Shown here piece by piece: positions 1-8,356 of a stretch of 64,000 nt of DNA. The notes beneath the pieces are model-generated. The model made no database searches. It was not told the DNA's origin and saw only the letters and a program-made list of their open reading frames with translations. The translations under genes were made by a program, and so were the position numbers. Source of the DNA: an uncultured Smithella sp. (lineage in GTDB: Bacteria > Desulfobacterota > Syntrophia > Syntrophales > Smithellaceae); NCBI GenBank assembly GCA_964443625.1, contig CAYUDM010000001.1, forward strand, positions 80,705 to 144,704, given 5' to 3'. Each line of letters begins with the position of its first letter. Positions within the stretch are counted from its first letter, which is position 1.

Positions 1-582
1 CATGCCTTTTCGTCTGGCTCTGACGAGAATTTCCACTTCGAATTGAAATCGACGCGCACGGACGGGAAGACTCAGCGCCTCCGGCAGCGGGTAGAGCCGC
101 ATGCCGCTTTGCGAATCCGAAAGCCGGGGCCCGCCCGAAATCCAAACCCAAAAATTGGAAAATTTTCGCCCGAAGCGGCTGGTCCAGGGAATATGCCCGC
201 CGGACTTTGCCGTCATCCCCTCGCGAGCGCCCACGACGACCGGGCGGTTTCCGCCGCGCGCCGCGTCGATCAAACGGCGAATATCTTGGGGATAGTGCTG
301 GCCATCGGCATCGAGCGTCACGGCATAGTCAGCCACATTGGACGCGGCCATAAATCCGGTCATAATCGCCGCGCCCTTCCCTTCGTTTTTCGGATGACGT
401 AAAACCGTTATGCCTTCAACAGCCGCCAGGCGCTGCGGCGTTTCATCCGTCGAGCCGTCGTCCACCACAAAAACGTCGTATCCAAGCCCTCTTGCCTCTC
501 GTGCGACCCGGGCCACCGTGGTCGCGTGGTTGTAAACGGGGATCACCACAGCAATCCGGTTTTTCTGTTCTTGATCCAGCAT
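1..582 (-). CDS. Glycosyltransferase family 2 (C-terminus runs off the window's left edge)
   Basis: My own minus-strand translation from the ATG at 582 gives MLDQEQKNRIAVVIPVYNHATTV...VFVVDDGSTDET...TLDADGQH. This is the typical GT2 N-terminal pattern with a DxD-like motif. The frame stays open to position 1. It lies 34 nt downstream of the Dak2-DegV gene on the same strand. It is absent from the ORF track because it is truncated. Confidence 0.8.
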   Translation of the reverse strand, partial: MLDQEQKNRIAVVIPVYNHATTVARVAREARGLGYDVFVVDDGSTDETPQRLAAVEGITVLRHPKNEGKGAAIMTGFMAASNVADYAVTLDADGQHYPQDIRRLIDAARGGNRPVVVGAREGMTAKSGGHIPWTSRFGRKFSNFWVWISGGPRLSDSQSGMRLYPLPEALSLPVRARRFQFEVEILVRARRKGM

Positions 583-616
583 GTGCGTTCCTTTATCTCA
601 CCACCGAACAGCCCGT

Positions 617-2329
617 CTAATCCATCTCCAAAAACGCGATTCCCCACGTTCCGGGTCCCATGTGAGCCCCTGACGTCAAAGACAAAGGCTGTAGAATAAT
701 TTCCGCCTGCGGGTAGCGCTCCGCCACGCTTTTGCTGACTTGCCGCACCTGCTCTTCGTTGTCGGAATACTCCATCATAATGAGCCCGCGGGAGTCCGTC
801 GCGAACCCGGCGGCCAGTTTCTCCATTGCCATCTTAATCTGGTCCCGGCGGTTGCGCACAACCCCCACTTTTTTTGCGCCATCCGGTTGCGGAGAAATGA
901 CCGGTTTCATTTTCAGCATATCGCCGAAAAAAGCGCTGGTTTTGGAAAGCCGGCCACCGGCCGCAAGATATTCAAGCCTCTCCAGAAACACATACTCCTG
1001 GGCCGTCTCGACGGCTTTGCGGGCAAACGCAATCGTTTTTTCAATATCCCGGGTCTTTGCCCAAAACCGCATCACGGCCAACACCATGATACCCAATCGC
1101 CCTGAGGCCGCTCCCGTATCAATCACTGTAAGGCGATCATCCGGATCGTGTTCCTTTTTCCAGTCGCAGGCCACCTGATAGTTGCCGGTGAATACCGAGC
1201 CGACACACAAATACAGCACTCGTTCAAACCGGGCCAACGCGGCGGCGTAATACTCGTGTCGCTCAAAAACGGAGGACTGGGACGTGGAGACCTTCACGCC
1301 CCGTCGCATCGCATGATAGAGCTCTTCAGGATGGAAGCAGGTTTCCGGCAGCGACTTTTCGCCGACATTCAAATAGCTGTTGAGCAGCGTAAAACCAGAT
1401 CTTTTCGCGTCATCCCGGGTCAGCGATCCGGCCGCATCGCTCATGATGTGCAGGCCGGCGGTTTCCGCGCCGGCGGCGAATTGTTCAATCTGCGCCGAGA
1501 GATTATCGTCCTCCCAATTGACCACAGTGCCCAGCGCTGCCAGTTGGGATTTGATTTTCTCTTTATCGTCCGTGTGGAGATGGATCTTATAGAGATTCCC
1601 GTCACCGATCACAACGGCGCTTTCCTGCCCCGACACGATGCCGGCCAGATCTTTTGAGGCATCGGCATCGGTCTGAATCACGAAATCGACGCAATAACCC
1701 GATTCGGTCTGCCGGTGAAAATTCGGAGCAATCTGAAGGCGGCCTTTAAAAATCTCCGTGACAGGCCGACAGGCGTCGTAAAGACCGGCCAGCGTCCGGA
1801 AAAAGCCTTCAAAAAAAATATACATCCCCAAAGCGCCGGCATCCACAACGCCCGCCTCCTTAAGTTTCGGCAAAAGCTCATGCGTATCGGTCACCGCCTT
1901 TTCAAGTTTTGACACAATCTTTAAAACGGCATTTGGGTCCGATGAAAAATTCTCCCGACACAGAATGTCTTCCAGCGCGTCGAAAACCGTCAGCATCGTG
2001 CCGGGCTTTGGATCCGCAATCGCTTTCCAGGCCCGGGCGTTTCCTTCCTGAGCCGCCGTGGCCAGATCGTAGAGTGAATCGGCCGCGTAAAAGGCGGAAA
2101 AAAACTGCGAGGCGATATTGCCGGAATTCCCGCGGGCGGCCAAAAGCAGTTTCCGGGTAACCGTCTCTTTGGCCTGACCGGCGTGCCGCAGGGGCGCAAG
2201 ACTGATGGCGAGATTGCGTCCCGTATCCCCGTCGGCAACGGGAAACACATTGATCGCGTCGAGCAAATCCGACCAGGCCGACACCCGCTCCGCGCCCGTC
2301 ACATAAGCAGCCGCCAGTAATTCATCCAT
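617..2329 (-). CDS. Dak2(DhaL)-domain / DegV-domain fusion protein (fatty-acid-kinase-like)
   Basis: 570 aa. The N-terminus has FPVADGDTGRNL, the DGDTG motif of Dak2/DhaL phosphotransfer domains. The C-terminal half (HIMSDAAGSL...VLYLCVGSVFTGNYQ...SGAHMGPGTWG) looks like a DegV lipid-binding fold. Its start shares one nucleotide (TAATG) with the upstream thioesterase stop. Confidence 0.75.
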   Translation of the reverse strand: MDELLAAAYVTGAERVSAWSDLLDAINVFPVADGDTGRNLAISLAPLRHAGQAKETVTRKLLLAARGNSGNIASQFFSAFYAADSLYDLATAAQEGNARAWKAIADPKPGTMLTVFDALEDILCRENFSSDPNAVLKIVSKLEKAVTDTHELLPKLKEAGVVDAGALGMYIFFEGFFRTLAGLYDACRPVTEIFKGRLQIAPNFHRQTESGYCVDFVIQTDADASKDLAGIVSGQESAVVIGDGNLYKIHLHTDDKEKIKSQLAALGTVVNWEDDNLSAQIEQFAAGAETAGLHIMSDAAGSLTRDDAKRSGFTLLNSYLNVGEKSLPETCFHPEELYHAMRRGVKVSTSQSSVFERHEYYAAALARFERVLYLCVGSVFTGNYQVACDWKKEHDPDDRLTVIDTGAASGRLGIMVLAVMRFWAKTRDIEKTIAFARKAVETAQEYVFLERLEYLAAGGRLSKTSAFFGDMLKMKPVISPQPDGAKKVGVVRNRRDQIKMAMEKLAAGFATDSRGLIMMEYSDNEEQVRQVSKSVAERYPQAEIILQPLSLTSGAHMGPGTWGIAFLEMD

Positions 2330-2745
2330 TAGACGTACCCCAGCAAATTTCGAATATCGTCGGGAATGGAAAAAAGCGTCTCCATCTCAGGCATTTGCAC
2401 CGCCACCTGCTCGGTGCGACCTCTGGCGCAAACGGCGCCGTCCGTCCGTTTGCGGATTTCAAAATCCACAACCAGTTTGATTCTGGCATCGGCAAGCGTC
2501 GCCCTGACAACGATCTCATCTCGATGTCGCAGCGGTATGATGTGCTTGGTCGATGTGCGGATAATGGGAAAGATGATTTTCTCCCGATCGTAATAACCGT
2601 ACAGATCGACGCCGTAATGGTCGAACAGAGCCGCGCGCGCGACCTCAAAGTAGTTGAGGTAATTGCCGTGCCAGACGATCTGCATCGGGTCCAGATCGTA
2701 AAACGGCACACTGATTTGGACGTCGAAGGTCTTTTTGTCGCTCAT
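2329..2745 (-). CDS. Hotdog-fold acyl-CoA/acyl-ACP thioesterase (YbgC/4HBT-like)
   Basis: FDVQISVPFYDLDPMQIVWHGNYLNYFEVAR is typical of the 4HBT thioesterase family. I prefer the start at M15 (ATG 2745), which forms an ATGA overlap with the ammonia-lyase stop. The track start at 2787 would overlap that gene by 46 nt. Confidence 0.8.
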   Translation of the reverse strand: MSDKKTFDVQISVPFYDLDPMQIVWHGNYLNYFEVARAALFDHYGVDLYGYYDREKIIFPIIRTSTKHIIPLRHRDEIVVRATLADARIKLVVDFEIRKRTDGAVCARGRTEQVAVQMPEMETLFSIPDDIRNLLGYV

Positions 2746-4295
2746 GGCCTCCCCCGGAAAAAATCGGTGTAACGAATGGCAATGCACATCTTTTCAATAT
2801 CCTCGTCCAGCGGCCGGTCTTGAATGACCGGTTCGCTCACCCGACGGATTTTCGAAAGCGTTTCAGCCAGCGCGGGCCGGACGCCGATATTGCCCCGAAT
2901 GTCGCAGGCCTGCGCCGCGGCGAGCAGATGGATGGCGACGACGCGTTCGGCCAGCGTGCACACCCGATCCGCGTCACGAGCCGCAATGGTGCCCATGCTG
3001 ACTTTGTCTTGATTGTGAGATTCGGTGGAACGCGAAAAAGACGCGGCGGGCATGGTGGCCTTTGCCGCCTCTGCGGCAAGCGCCGAGGCGGCAATCGACA
3101 TCGCCTTGAAACCGTGATGCAGACCGTCCTGACGGCCGTTTAGACGCACGAGATCACCTGGAAGCCCCCGGTTGAGATTCGGATTGACCAAAAGCATAAT
3201 CTGGCGGTCGCACATATCGGCCAGGGACGCCACGGCGGCCTTGAGTCCGTCCATGGCAAAGGCGATATGGCCGCCATAGAAATTGCCCCCCATCAAGACC
3301 TGTCCGGTTTCCGGATCAAAGATCGGATTATCGTTTGAGGAATTGGCCTCGATCTCGATCCAGTCGACCATCCAGGGCAGCGCATCACCCAACACGCCCA
3401 GCACCTGGGGCGCGCAGCGCAAGGAGTAAGGATCTTGAAGGGCCTCAAGCGATCCGTCTTCGAGCTTCCGGGCGGAAACCGTGGCACGCAAAAGACGGGT
3501 CAGCCGGCGGGCCACCTCGGTCTGACCGGCAAACGGCTTGGCCTCGGAAATCACCGGATGGTAGTGATGGGCATTGCCTTTCATCGCATGCACGGATAGC
3601 GCCGTGGCATACATCGCGGCGGAAAGCAGACGTCGCGCCCGGTGGGCCGCAACGATGGCGATGCCGGTCATGGTGGTCGTCCCATTCACCATCGACAGCG
3701 GTTCTTTGGGCAAATACTGGTATGGTTTGATTCCCGCCTTTTTCATGGCGCGGGCGGCGGGCATCATCTCGTCTTGGTAAAACACGTCGCGTTCGCCCAT
3801 CAGCGCCGCGCCGATATAGGACATCGGCGTCAAATCGCCTGAGGCGCCCACGGACCCTTCCGCGGGAACCAGGGGGGTAATGCCGGTATTTAAGAACGCT
3901 GCCATCTGTTCGATCAATTGAATGGACACACCGGAATAGCCGCGGGCCAGACACAGCATGCGGGTCAGCATTGCGGCGCGCGTCTCTTCAATGCCAATGG
4001 GATCGCCGGTCCCGCAGCCGTGAAACCGGAAAATGTTCACGCCGCTTTTCATGGCAAGGCCGGAGTCGATCCGGTTGCCGCAGGATTTGCCATAGCCGGT
4101 ATTCACGCCGTAAACCGCAACGCCGTTTTTCATCGCCCGGGCCAGCGCGTTCTGCGTCTTCACCATGCGGGCGACGAAAGCTTTCGATTTTCCCACGATC
4201 ACCGGTTTGCCGTCCACAGCAACGGCCACCATATCGTCAAAGCCGACAGGGCGGCCGTCGATGACCACCGCTGCCCTGCCTCCTGTTTTCTTCAT
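2742..4295 (-). CDS. MIO-dependent aromatic amino acid ammonia-lyase/aminomutase (HAL/PAL/TAL family)
   Basis: 517 aa. It contains GSVGASGDLTPMSYIG, the Ala-Ser-Gly triad that forms the MIO prosthetic group, and is lyase-class-I-like along its length. Substrate (His/Tyr/Phe) cannot be assigned by eye. Confidence 0.9.
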   Translation of the reverse strand: MKKTGGRAAVVIDGRPVGFDDMVAVAVDGKPVIVGKSKAFVARMVKTQNALARAMKNGVAVYGVNTGYGKSCGNRIDSGLAMKSGVNIFRFHGCGTGDPIGIEETRAAMLTRMLCLARGYSGVSIQLIEQMAAFLNTGITPLVPAEGSVGASGDLTPMSYIGAALMGERDVFYQDEMMPAARAMKKAGIKPYQYLPKEPLSMVNGTTTMTGIAIVAAHRARRLLSAAMYATALSVHAMKGNAHHYHPVISEAKPFAGQTEVARRLTRLLRATVSARKLEDGSLEALQDPYSLRCAPQVLGVLGDALPWMVDWIEIEANSSNDNPIFDPETGQVLMGGNFYGGHIAFAMDGLKAAVASLADMCDRQIMLLVNPNLNRGLPGDLVRLNGRQDGLHHGFKAMSIAASALAAEAAKATMPAASFSRSTESHNQDKVSMGTIAARDADRVCTLAERVVAIHLLAAAQACDIRGNIGVRPALAETLSKIRRVSEPVIQDRPLDEDIEKMCIAIRYTDFFRGRP

Positions 4296-4329
4296 TTCAG
4301 GTTTTTCTCCTTTCCCGAATCTCTATCAT

Positions 4330-5559
4330 TTATAAACGAACGCGCGGCTTGTAGGTGCCGTCTGCCTTTTCCTTGTCCATGACGTTTTTGAGCAACTTAA
4401 ACATTTTATAATTCTGCGGTTCTTCTTCATAGAATTTATCCCAGCAGTAGTAGTACATTTCTTGGAGTTTCTCCGGCGTCATGAGTTTGGGTTGAATGAC
4501 CACCTTGCCGCAGGTATAGTCGTTCCAGTTATAGGAAAGAATGCGCCCCTCCTTGTGCAGATCATCAAAAGTCTGCGTATGCGGAAACGGTGTGAGCACC
4601 GTAAATTCCGCCATGTCGAGTTCGATGTCCAACAGGAAGTCCACGAGTCTTTTGATGTAATCCTCCGTGTGATAGTCGAGCCCCAGAAGAATGCTCCCTT
4701 CGACGGCGATGCCGTAGTCGTGGTAACGCTCAATACGTTTCCGGATATAATCGGACGAATCGAAAATCGTCTGATAAACAAACCACGCGCCGGCCTGCGC
4801 GGCCAGATCGAGCACCTCATCATCATCTTCGATGGGATGGCAACACCATTTCTTTTTGAGCGGAATCATTTCCTTGAAAAGCCCGATCTCCCATTCCTTT
4901 TTCTGCGCCAGCGAATTATCGACGATGAACAGACGGTTGTTGTCGATGCCGGCCAACTCTTCGACGACTCTGTCGTAGGGACGGGGACGAAACTGCCGGC
5001 CGCCTAAAAAGCGGACGGCGCACGGATAGCAGTTAAACCGGCAACCGCGGGAGGCGTGCACCAGATCCACCATTTGCACCCCCCGGTAGTTGTACAGATC
5101 ACGATTCAGGATGCTGCGGCGGGCCGGCCCCACGGATTCAATCGGCGGAAAATCATGCATGTAATTGTAAACCTTTTTAAGTTTGCCCGCCTTAAAATCG
5201 GCAAACACCTCCGCAAGTCTTCCTTCGGCCTCGCCCAGAAAAACGGCATCGGCGTGCTGCTCGGATTCCTCGGCATGCAACATCGTTGCAATGCCTCCGA
5301 CAATAACCTTTATTCCTCTGGCCCGGAAGGCGTCCGCGATTTCCCAACCGCGCTTCACCTGAGCGGTCAGCATCATGGACACACCGATAAAGTCCGCGTC
5401 TGTGTTCATGTCCAGCGGTTCGACGTTTTCATCGATGAACCGGACCTCCACATCCGGCGGCAGCGCAGCAGCCATGACGACCGGTCCGTGCGGCGGCAAT
5501 GCAAACCGCGTCTGACGGTCAAGCTTGTCCCATTGCGGATAGATTAACAAAAATTTCAT
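4330..5559 (-). CDS. B12-binding-domain radical SAM enzyme
   Basis: 409 aa. The N-terminal region is cobalamin-binding-like (FIGVSMMLTAQ...KVIVGG). It is followed by ASRGCRFNCYPCAV, a CX3CX2C radical-SAM cluster motif. Confidence 0.85.
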   Translation of the reverse strand: MKFLLIYPQWDKLDRQTRFALPPHGPVVMAAALPPDVEVRFIDENVEPLDMNTDADFIGVSMMLTAQVKRGWEIADAFRARGIKVIVGGIATMLHAEESEQHADAVFLGEAEGRLAEVFADFKAGKLKKVYNYMHDFPPIESVGPARRSILNRDLYNYRGVQMVDLVHASRGCRFNCYPCAVRFLGGRQFRPRPYDRVVEELAGIDNNRLFIVDNSLAQKKEWEIGLFKEMIPLKKKWCCHPIEDDDEVLDLAAQAGAWFVYQTIFDSSDYIRKRIERYHDYGIAVEGSILLGLDYHTEDYIKRLVDFLLDIELDMAEFTVLTPFPHTQTFDDLHKEGRILSYNWNDYTCGKVVIQPKLMTPEKLQEMYYYCWDKFYEEEPQNYKMFKLLKNVMDKEKADGTYKPRVRL

Positions 5560-5569
5560 AAGGCCCCTT

Positions 5570-7093
5570 TTACTCCTCTTCTGTACGTTTTTTCAAAATA
5601 CGTTTGAGCACTTTTCCTGAGGCGTTGCGCGGAAACTCGTCCACGATGAAGATGCGCCGGGGAATTTTGTAATGTGCGATCTTACCTGCAAGAACTTTGA
5701 GCATCGCCTCCTCGGAGATCGTCCGGCCGTCTTTGGCGATCACAAACGCGCCCACCACCTCTCCGCGTCGGACATCGGGAAGTCCAATCACGGCCGCCTC
5801 CTGTACGTCCGGCAGCGACTGAATCGCGCGTTCCACCTCGGCGGGATAAATATTTTCTCCGGACGAAATGATCATTTCGACCTTGCGGCCGACAAGATAA
5901 ATAAAACCGTCCTCATCGCGACGTCCCATGTCACCGGTGGCAAACCAGCCGTCACGAAACGCGGCTTGGGTTTCTTGATCCCTGCGCCAATACCCGGCAA
6001 ACACATTGGGGCCTTGCACCCATATTTCTCCCGGCTCGCCTGCGGGTAAATCCCGGCCGGCATCGTCCACGATACGCAGATTGACATGAAAGACTTCCTT
6101 GCCGACGGAACCGGCCTTCGAGATGGAATCTTCCAGATCCAGCGAGGTGAGCCTCCCGGTTTCGGTCAGCGCGTAGCCCTGCACGAATCCTGCGCCTTTT
6201 TCATCCTGATACTTTCTAATCACGGCCAGAGGAATGGGCGCGCCGCCGGAAATAAAAAAATGCACATGCGACAGATCCGCGTCCTTCCATTCGGGCGTGT
6301 CCGCCATCATTTGATACATAACCGGAACAGCAAACATATAATTGATCTTTTCCCGGCAAATCGTTTTGAGCGTTTCGGCGGCATTGTAAAAACTGCTCAC
6401 CACGAGCGATCCGCCTGCGTAAATGATCGGCGTGACGGACGCGGCCAGCGCCCCGATATGAAAAAGGGGCGCGACGACCAGCGACTTGAAAGACCGGTCG
6501 ACACCGTAGCCTAAAAGTGAATGAATCGCGCCGAAAAGAATATTCTGATGCGTCAGCACCGCACCTTTGGGATCGCCGGTTGTGCCGGAGGTGTACATAA
6601 TGAACAACGGATCGTCCAGTTCAACACCTAGAATGTCGAGCGGCTCGTCGAAGGAGCAGGCCTCGACCACTTCGGAAAAAAGCGGGTCGTCTGCCGGCCC
6701 TTCCCCCCAGGCGCGCAGAAATTGCATCTCGCGGGCCAGAACCGCTTTAATCTGGCGCACCTTGTCGATGAATTCAGGCGAATAGATGAGGACATCCGGC
6801 TCGCTGTCGCGCAGAATGTAGAGAAGCTCCGGCGACGCCAGTCGAAAATTAAGCGGAACCATAATAGCGCCGGTTTTGGCGCATGCAAAAAATATTTCCA
6901 GAAACGCGGCGGAATTGGACATCAGAAGCGCGACCCGCCTGCCTTTGGCCAAGCCCAGATGACCCAAGGCATGCGCTGTCTGATTGACGCGCCGGTCAAA
7001 TGTCTTGTTGCTGACGGATTTTTCCTTTTCCGCGAGAAAAATTCGTTCGGGCGCAATTCGCGCCCGCTTGCTGATCCATTCACCGATATTCAA
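5570..7093 (-). CDS. AMP-dependent acyl/aryl-CoA (or -ACP) ligase, 4-coumarate-CoA-ligase-like
   Basis: 507 aa with the adenylate-forming core motifs YTSGTTGDPKG, GYALTET and TGDMGRRDEDGFIYLVGRKVEMIISSGENIYP. Confidence 0.9.
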   Translation of the reverse strand: MNIGEWISKRARIAPERIFLAEKEKSVSNKTFDRRVNQTAHALGHLGLAKGRRVALLMSNSAAFLEIFFACAKTGAIMVPLNFRLASPELLYILRDSEPDVLIYSPEFIDKVRQIKAVLAREMQFLRAWGEGPADDPLFSEVVEACSFDEPLDILGVELDDPLFIMYTSGTTGDPKGAVLTHQNILFGAIHSLLGYGVDRSFKSLVVAPLFHIGALAASVTPIIYAGGSLVVSSFYNAAETLKTICREKINYMFAVPVMYQMMADTPEWKDADLSHVHFFISGGAPIPLAVIRKYQDEKGAGFVQGYALTETGRLTSLDLEDSISKAGSVGKEVFHVNLRIVDDAGRDLPAGEPGEIWVQGPNVFAGYWRRDQETQAAFRDGWFATGDMGRRDEDGFIYLVGRKVEMIISSGENIYPAEVERAIQSLPDVQEAAVIGLPDVRRGEVVGAFVIAKDGRTISEEAMLKVLAGKIAHYKIPRRIFIVDEFPRNASGKVLKRILKKRTEEE

Positions 7094-7105
7094 AACCGTT
7101 CCTCT

Positions 7106-8356
7106 TTAACTTTCAGATGTCCTAAACACCAGATACGCAAATGTGCCGCCAAAGGAAATTCCGGCCAAAAGCGCGCAATCAACGGCAGGCGCTCTTTGGT
7201 TCGACAGAACAAAATTCAGCGACGCGATGGGATTTTCAAGTCCGACGGTCGGCGGAAGTATTTTTTCATCCAGGGATAAAGCCAAAGCGCACGCTCGCAG
7301 CCCGCCCCCGGAAAAACTTTCACCAATCGCGCCTTTGATCGATGTCACCGCGGGCGACTGACGCGCCCGACGGAAAAATTCCGTGTAGGCGTCGGCTTCG
7401 GTCCGATCCAAAACATCACTGCCGTTGGCGGCGGCCATGACGGCGTCGATTTGATCGGCCTCGATGCCGGCATCGCCCAGCGCGCGTTTCAGTGTTCGCG
7501 TGATGCCGTCTGTTTTTACAGGCCACTGCGTGGGAGCGGCAGGCCCTGATCCGAGAGCCGTGCCGAGAATTTCGCAGTAGACTTTCGCGCCTCTGTCACG
7601 GGCGGATGCAAGACTCTCCAGACACATCATGCCGCACCCCTCTCCGGCCACATAGCCGTTGCGGGCGTCATCGAACGGACGAGCGCCTTCGCTTCGTCCG
7701 TCCTGCGGCGACAATCCGCGAAACCGGGTGAGCACCTCATAGTAGAATTTGGATAAAATGTCCACCCCTCCGGCCAGAAGGACATCCGCCGCTCCGCGCC
7801 GGATTTCGGATACGGCATAGGCAATCGCCGTTTCCGCCGACACGGCAAAATGCGTGACCGTGGTGTTCACACCGCGGAAGCCCAGTTCGATGGACGTGTG
7901 TCCGGCCGGCGCGTTCATGACGGTGTTGGGCACCAGAATCGGATTCACTGAAGACGGTCCCTGGCCTAAAAGCGCATCGGCAACCTGGGCGGTCACATCG
8001 GTGGCCGCAAAGGCCGTTCCTAAAATGATGCCGATGCGGTCGCGGTTTTCTTCCGACACAACCACGCCGGCATCGGTCAGCGCCATCCGTGATGATGCCG
8101 CCGCCAGAAGCGATGTCCGGTCCATCCTTCGCAGATTTTTAAGTGAGATATGATCCCGTGGCGAGAAATTCGTAACTTCCGCCCCCAGATGCGACGGAAA
8201 TCCGCTTGTATCGAACGCGCTCACGGCGCGGATGCCGCTTGCGCCCGCGAAAAGCTTTTCTGAAAACTCCTTCCTTCCCGTTCCAAGAGGGCTCACCATC
8301 CCTACTCCGGTAACAACGACGCGTTTATCATCCGGAAGATTGCGGCGGCTATGCAT
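7106..8356 (-). CDS. KS-like chain-length-factor-type protein (beta-ketoacyl synthase fold lacking the catalytic Cys/His/His)
   Basis: KS fold (VVVTGVGMVSPLG...). At the active-site position it reads THFAVSAETA where the partner has TACSAGAT. AANGSD replaces NAHGT, and KGAIGESFSGGG replaces KSMHAHTLGAAG. The start at ATG 8356 overlaps the upstream KS stop by 8 nt. The track's longer start at 8533 lies inside the KS gene. Confidence 0.85.
   Translation of the reverse strand: MHSRRNLPDDKRVVVTGVGMVSPLGTGRKEFSEKLFAGASGIRAVSAFDTSGFPSHLGAEVTNFSPRDHISLKNLRRMDRTSLLAAASSRMALTDAGVVVSEENRDRIGIILGTAFAATDVTAQVADALLGQGPSSVNPILVPNTVMNAPAGHTSIELGFRGVNTTVTHFAVSAETAIAYAVSEIRRGAADVLLAGGVDILSKFYYEVLTRFRGLSPQDGRSEGARPFDDARNGYVAGEGCGMMCLESLASARDRGAKVYCEILGTALGSGPAAPTQWPVKTDGITRTLKRALGDAGIEADQIDAVMAAANGSDVLDRTEADAYTEFFRRARQSPAVTSIKGAIGESFSGGGLRACALALSLDEKILPPTVGLENPIASLNFVLSNQRAPAVDCALLAGISFGGTFAYLVFRTSES

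Noticed and set aside
43-402. 119-aa plus-strand ORF at the left edge
   Set aside because: The opposite strand encodes a clear GT2 glycosyltransferase N-terminal domain (VVIPVYNH...DDGSTDET...DADGQH) that is open to the window edge. The plus-strand ORF is its shadow.
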